From positions 769,734-833,733 of the forward strand of contig CP175956.1 in NCBI GenBank assembly GCA_046116545.1: a stretch of 64,000 nt of DNA. Direction: 5' to 3'. A program made the translations under genes and the position numbers. How positions within the stretch are numbered: the stretch's first letter is position 1; the number at the start of each line of letters is the position of its first letter. The notes beneath the pieces are model-generated. The model was not told the origin of the DNA and did no database searches. It saw only the letters and a list, made by a program, of their open reading frames with translations. The stretch comes from Candidatus Moraniibacteriota bacterium. Its GTDB lineage: Bacteria > Patescibacteriota > Minisyncoccia > Moranbacterales > GCA-2747515. Positions 61,432 to 64,000 of the stretch are shown here, one piece after another.

Positions 61432-61836
61432 CTATTTCTTTTCTTCAGTCTTTTCATCTTTAGATTCCTCTTTTTTCTCTTCTACCTTTTCTTCTTTAGC
61501 ATCATCTTTTACTTCTTCTTTTTTCTCTTCTGCAACATCCTCAGAACCTTCTTCTTTCTCCTCCACCTTCTTCTCTGGCAATTTCACAGTTCGCTTTTCA
61601 CCTTTGATGATATCATTTCTAACCAATAGATTATATACACTGTCAGACGGCTGTGCTCCATTTGCCAAAAATTTCTTAATCATATCCTCTTTCAAAACTG
61701 TTTGTTTTGAATGTGGATCATAACTTCCAACAATTGCAATATGCTTTCCTGATGGTGCTTTCGTTTTTTCTTGTACAACAAGCCTGTACTGTGCATGATT
61801 GTGTCTTCCGACACGATTAAATCGTATAACTAACAT
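61432..61836 (-). CDS. rpsP: 30S ribosomal protein S16 with E/K-rich C-terminal tail
   Basis: IRFNRVG...YRLVV...G.YDP...GAQPSDSV. Confidence 0.95.
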   Translation of the reverse strand: MLVIRFNRVGRHNHAQYRLVVQEKTKAPSGKHIAIVGSYDPHSKQTVLKEDMIKKFLANGAQPSDSVYNLLVRNDIIKGEKRTVKLPEKKVEEKEEGSEDVAEEKKEEVKDDAKEEKVEEKKEESKDEKTEEKK

Positions 61837-62075
61837 AGTGTAGTTTTTAAAATATATAAAATTAGATATTCACAAGATATGTACTCCTATGAAGTTTTAT
61901 ATTTAACTCTTGACGTAATTGCCAATTGAGCAAATATGCATGTAATAAAAAGAATACCTAAAAAAATCTTATTTGTCAATCCCACATTTGTTCAAATATT
62001 TCTCATGGATAAAAAAATAACTTCGAATTACATTTATGTAATTCGAAGTTTCTTCCTTTGAGTTTGAGTTAATAT

Positions 62076-62372
62076 TTAAGGCTTTCCCAAATATCGAATA
62101 TTCACCCATCCATCTGATGTACAAATCAGTGCCTCTTGTCCAATCAAAACTGTTGAGCCTACCTTTTTGATTGTCACACTGCTATTTCCTGGTAGCTTTA
62201 TCTGACACTTTCCCCAATTTGCTTTAACGCTATCTAGTGCAGCATTATGCACTCTGCCAACACCAGACTTCATACTATCTTCTACATCAGTACTATTAGC
62301 ATTACCCACAACTGCACCAACACCAACCATTACAAGAATTAACATTATAGTTTTCTTCATTCTTTCCTCCAA
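62076..62372 (-). CDS. Small secreted hypothetical protein
   Basis: MKK-hydrophobic-ANA-type signal peptide; two Cys. Confidence 0.6.
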   Translation of the reverse strand: MEERMKKTIMLILVMVGVGAVVGNANSTDVEDSMKSGVGRVHNAALDSVKANWGKCQIKLPGNSSVTIKKVGSTVLIGQEALICTSDGWVNIRYLGKP

Positions 62373-62435
62373 TCAATAATATTTGCAAAAATTGCATTCC
62401 ACTTCGTAACCTAATAATATATTTGGTCACACCAC

Positions 62436-62840
62436 TTAAAAATTACTAATTTTTTTCTGCCGCGCATACATGAGAGACCTATTTTTATCCACTACAAGAA
62501 ATTCTCTCTCCCAGTACTCCTGTATTAGATTCCATGTAGACGTAACAATATCTGAATCACGAATATCCATAGATCCAATATTTCTTATACCTTCACTGTA
62601 ATGCACCAATTCTGCATCAATAGTTACCCAAAAAATATTCACACGATCTAGATCAATAACTGCCACATACTCCATTTCAGAAATAGTTTTTGGCATAACT
62701 GCAGGCTCAAGATCTTCTACGATGTGATTGATGACTCTCTGCCATCCATCAGAATTAACATGAATTGCAACACGCATAATTTGGCCTCTCAAATAAAAGT
62801 TTTGAAAAAAATTATATTTAAAAATATTAAATAACTTCAC
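62436..62840 (-). CDS. Hypothetical protein (start possibly 62777)
   Basis: Co-oriented ORF; GAGG before MRVAIH. Confidence 0.55.
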   Translation of the reverse strand: MKLFNIFKYNFFQNFYLRGQIMRVAIHVNSDGWQRVINHIVEDLEPAVMPKTISEMEYVAVIDLDRVNIFWVTIDAELVHYSEGIRNIGSMDIRDSDIVTSTWNLIQEYWEREFLVVDKNRSLMYARQKKISNF

Positions 62841-62858
62841 AAAATAATACTACATTTT

Positions 62859-64000
62859 TTATTTTTTGTCAATATTTGATTCAGTTTCTATTTTTCCATC
62901 ATTCTTTATTTGATCAAGTTTCACACTCAAAAGTTGTGTAGCACCATCATTCCCCATTGTTACACCATAAAGTATATCCGCATGACGCATTGTCTCTCTA
63001 TTATGTGTAATAATAATAAATTGTGTTCTATGAGAAAGTTCCGCAAAAATTTTAGCAAGACGTCGTGAATTTGCCTCATCGAGTGCAGCCTCTACCTCAT
63101 CCAAAATTATAAATGGAGGTGGGTTATATGAAATGATAGCAAGTAACACCGCAACAGATGTAAGTGATCGTTCTCCACCTGATAGCAATGATAAGTGTTT
63201 CACTTTTTTCCCTGGAGGTGACGCCACTATTTCAATTCCAACCTCTGTTTTAGTTGAAACTTTTTTTACTTCTTCTTCCTCGTCATCTTCTTCATCTTGC
63301 AATACTTCTATATCAACATCACCTTGTATCTCATCTTCTTTTTTCTTGCGAGGTGTCACATCAATGTTAACTTTTTTCAATTTTGCATTTCCACCATTAA
63401 AAAGTATTCTGAAATATTTTGTAAATTCTTCATTAATCTCTTTAAATGCAGACACAAAAGCTTTATGAATTTTTTCATCCATCTCTTTAATAACTTCTTT
63501 CAGTTGCTTTATCGCTTCCGTTAAATCTTCCGACTCATTTGCCATAAGATCAAATCGCTCTTGCATTTCTTCATATTCATCTATAACCATTGGATCAATT
63601 CCGCCAATTTGCTCATATTTAGAACGAAGCTTATAAACCGCTTGTTCCATTTCTTCAAAAGTCATCTCCAATTCTTCAGCTCCATCAGCAACTTTCAAAT
63701 CCTGAACTTCAATACCAAGTTCCTGACGAACTTCCGACACAACATCCTCTTCACGTACTTCAGTCCTAGCAATATTAACTTTTATCTCATTAAACTGCTC
63801 ACGTATGGCATCCAGCAATCGTTGTTTCTCTCTTAGATCTTTTTCCAGTGCAAAGAATTGTGTACGAGCTTGTTTATCAGCTGCCACAGCACTAGTTATT
63901 TTTTCCTCTAAAATCTTTATTTTTTCTTTCACCTTAACAACTTTTTGTGCATGTTCAGAAATTTGCTCATCTAACTCCGCAATTTTATCATCATACTTTT
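62859..64000 (-). CDS. smc: SMC chromosome segregation protein, C-terminal part (5' end outside window)
   Basis: Coiled coil, LSGGE signature, PPFIILDEVEAALDEAN Walker B, QFIIITH; frame open to 64000. Confidence 0.94.
   Translation of the reverse strand, partial: KYDDKIAELDEQISEHAQKVVKVKEKIKILEEKITSAVAADKQARTQFFALEKDLREKQRLLDAIREQFNEIKVNIARTEVREEDVVSEVRQELGIEVQDLKVADGAEELEMTFEEMEQAVYKLRSKYEQIGGIDPMVIDEYEEMQERFDLMANESEDLTEAIKQLKEVIKEMDEKIHKAFVSAFKEINEEFTKYFRILFNGGNAKLKKVNIDVTPRKKKEDEIQGDVDIEVLQDEEDDEEEEVKKVSTKTEVGIEIVASPPGKKVKHLSLLSGGERSLTSVAVLLAIISYNPPPFIILDEVEAALDEANSRRLAKIFAELSHRTQFIIITHNRETMRHADILYGVTMGNDGATQLLSVKLDQIKNDGKIETESNIDKK

Noticed and set aside
60245-61836. rplJL separated from rplKA/rpoB and placed after rpsP; long S16 tail
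   Set aside because: Operon reshuffling and charged tails are common in reduced genomes; low novelty.

Overview
AT-rich bacterial chromosomal segment. 16S signatures (GGATAAGGCATGCAAG, GGAGGCTGCAG, shortened helix 39 region) and gene content point to Patescibacteria/Parcubacteria (OD1). TGA is used as a stop, so code 11. Nearly all genes are on the minus strand. The backbone has hisS, mutL, mutS, a stand-alone 16S rRNA gene, serS, obg, lysS-HD, greA, hpf, murB/murC/murG/ftsW, trmD, rplL/rplJ, rpsP and partial smc. Accessory blocks: (1) a nucleotide-enzyme cluster at the left edge (PRTase, radical SAM/SPASM, MccF-like peptidase, LOG, and an unlisted HAD-kinase fusion behind a leader-peptide attenuator); (2) four inverted genes between mutS and mutL; (3) a lexA-dinD-type I RM locus with cargo genes including a HEPN candidate; (4) the most notable: a repeat-bounded YcaO/SagB azole RiPP cluster with a double-cassette precursor (2x KVQIVTKKSKAMLCSGSSSSGTG), a C39-like peptidase and an embedded cysteinyl-tRNA synthetase. 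Its flanking repeats share a 10-bp core with the 16S anti-Shine-Dalgarno end, and the 16S trailer is duplicated. Several accessory genes sit between duplicated ends of host genes. All calls come from motif reading only; no database searches were run.
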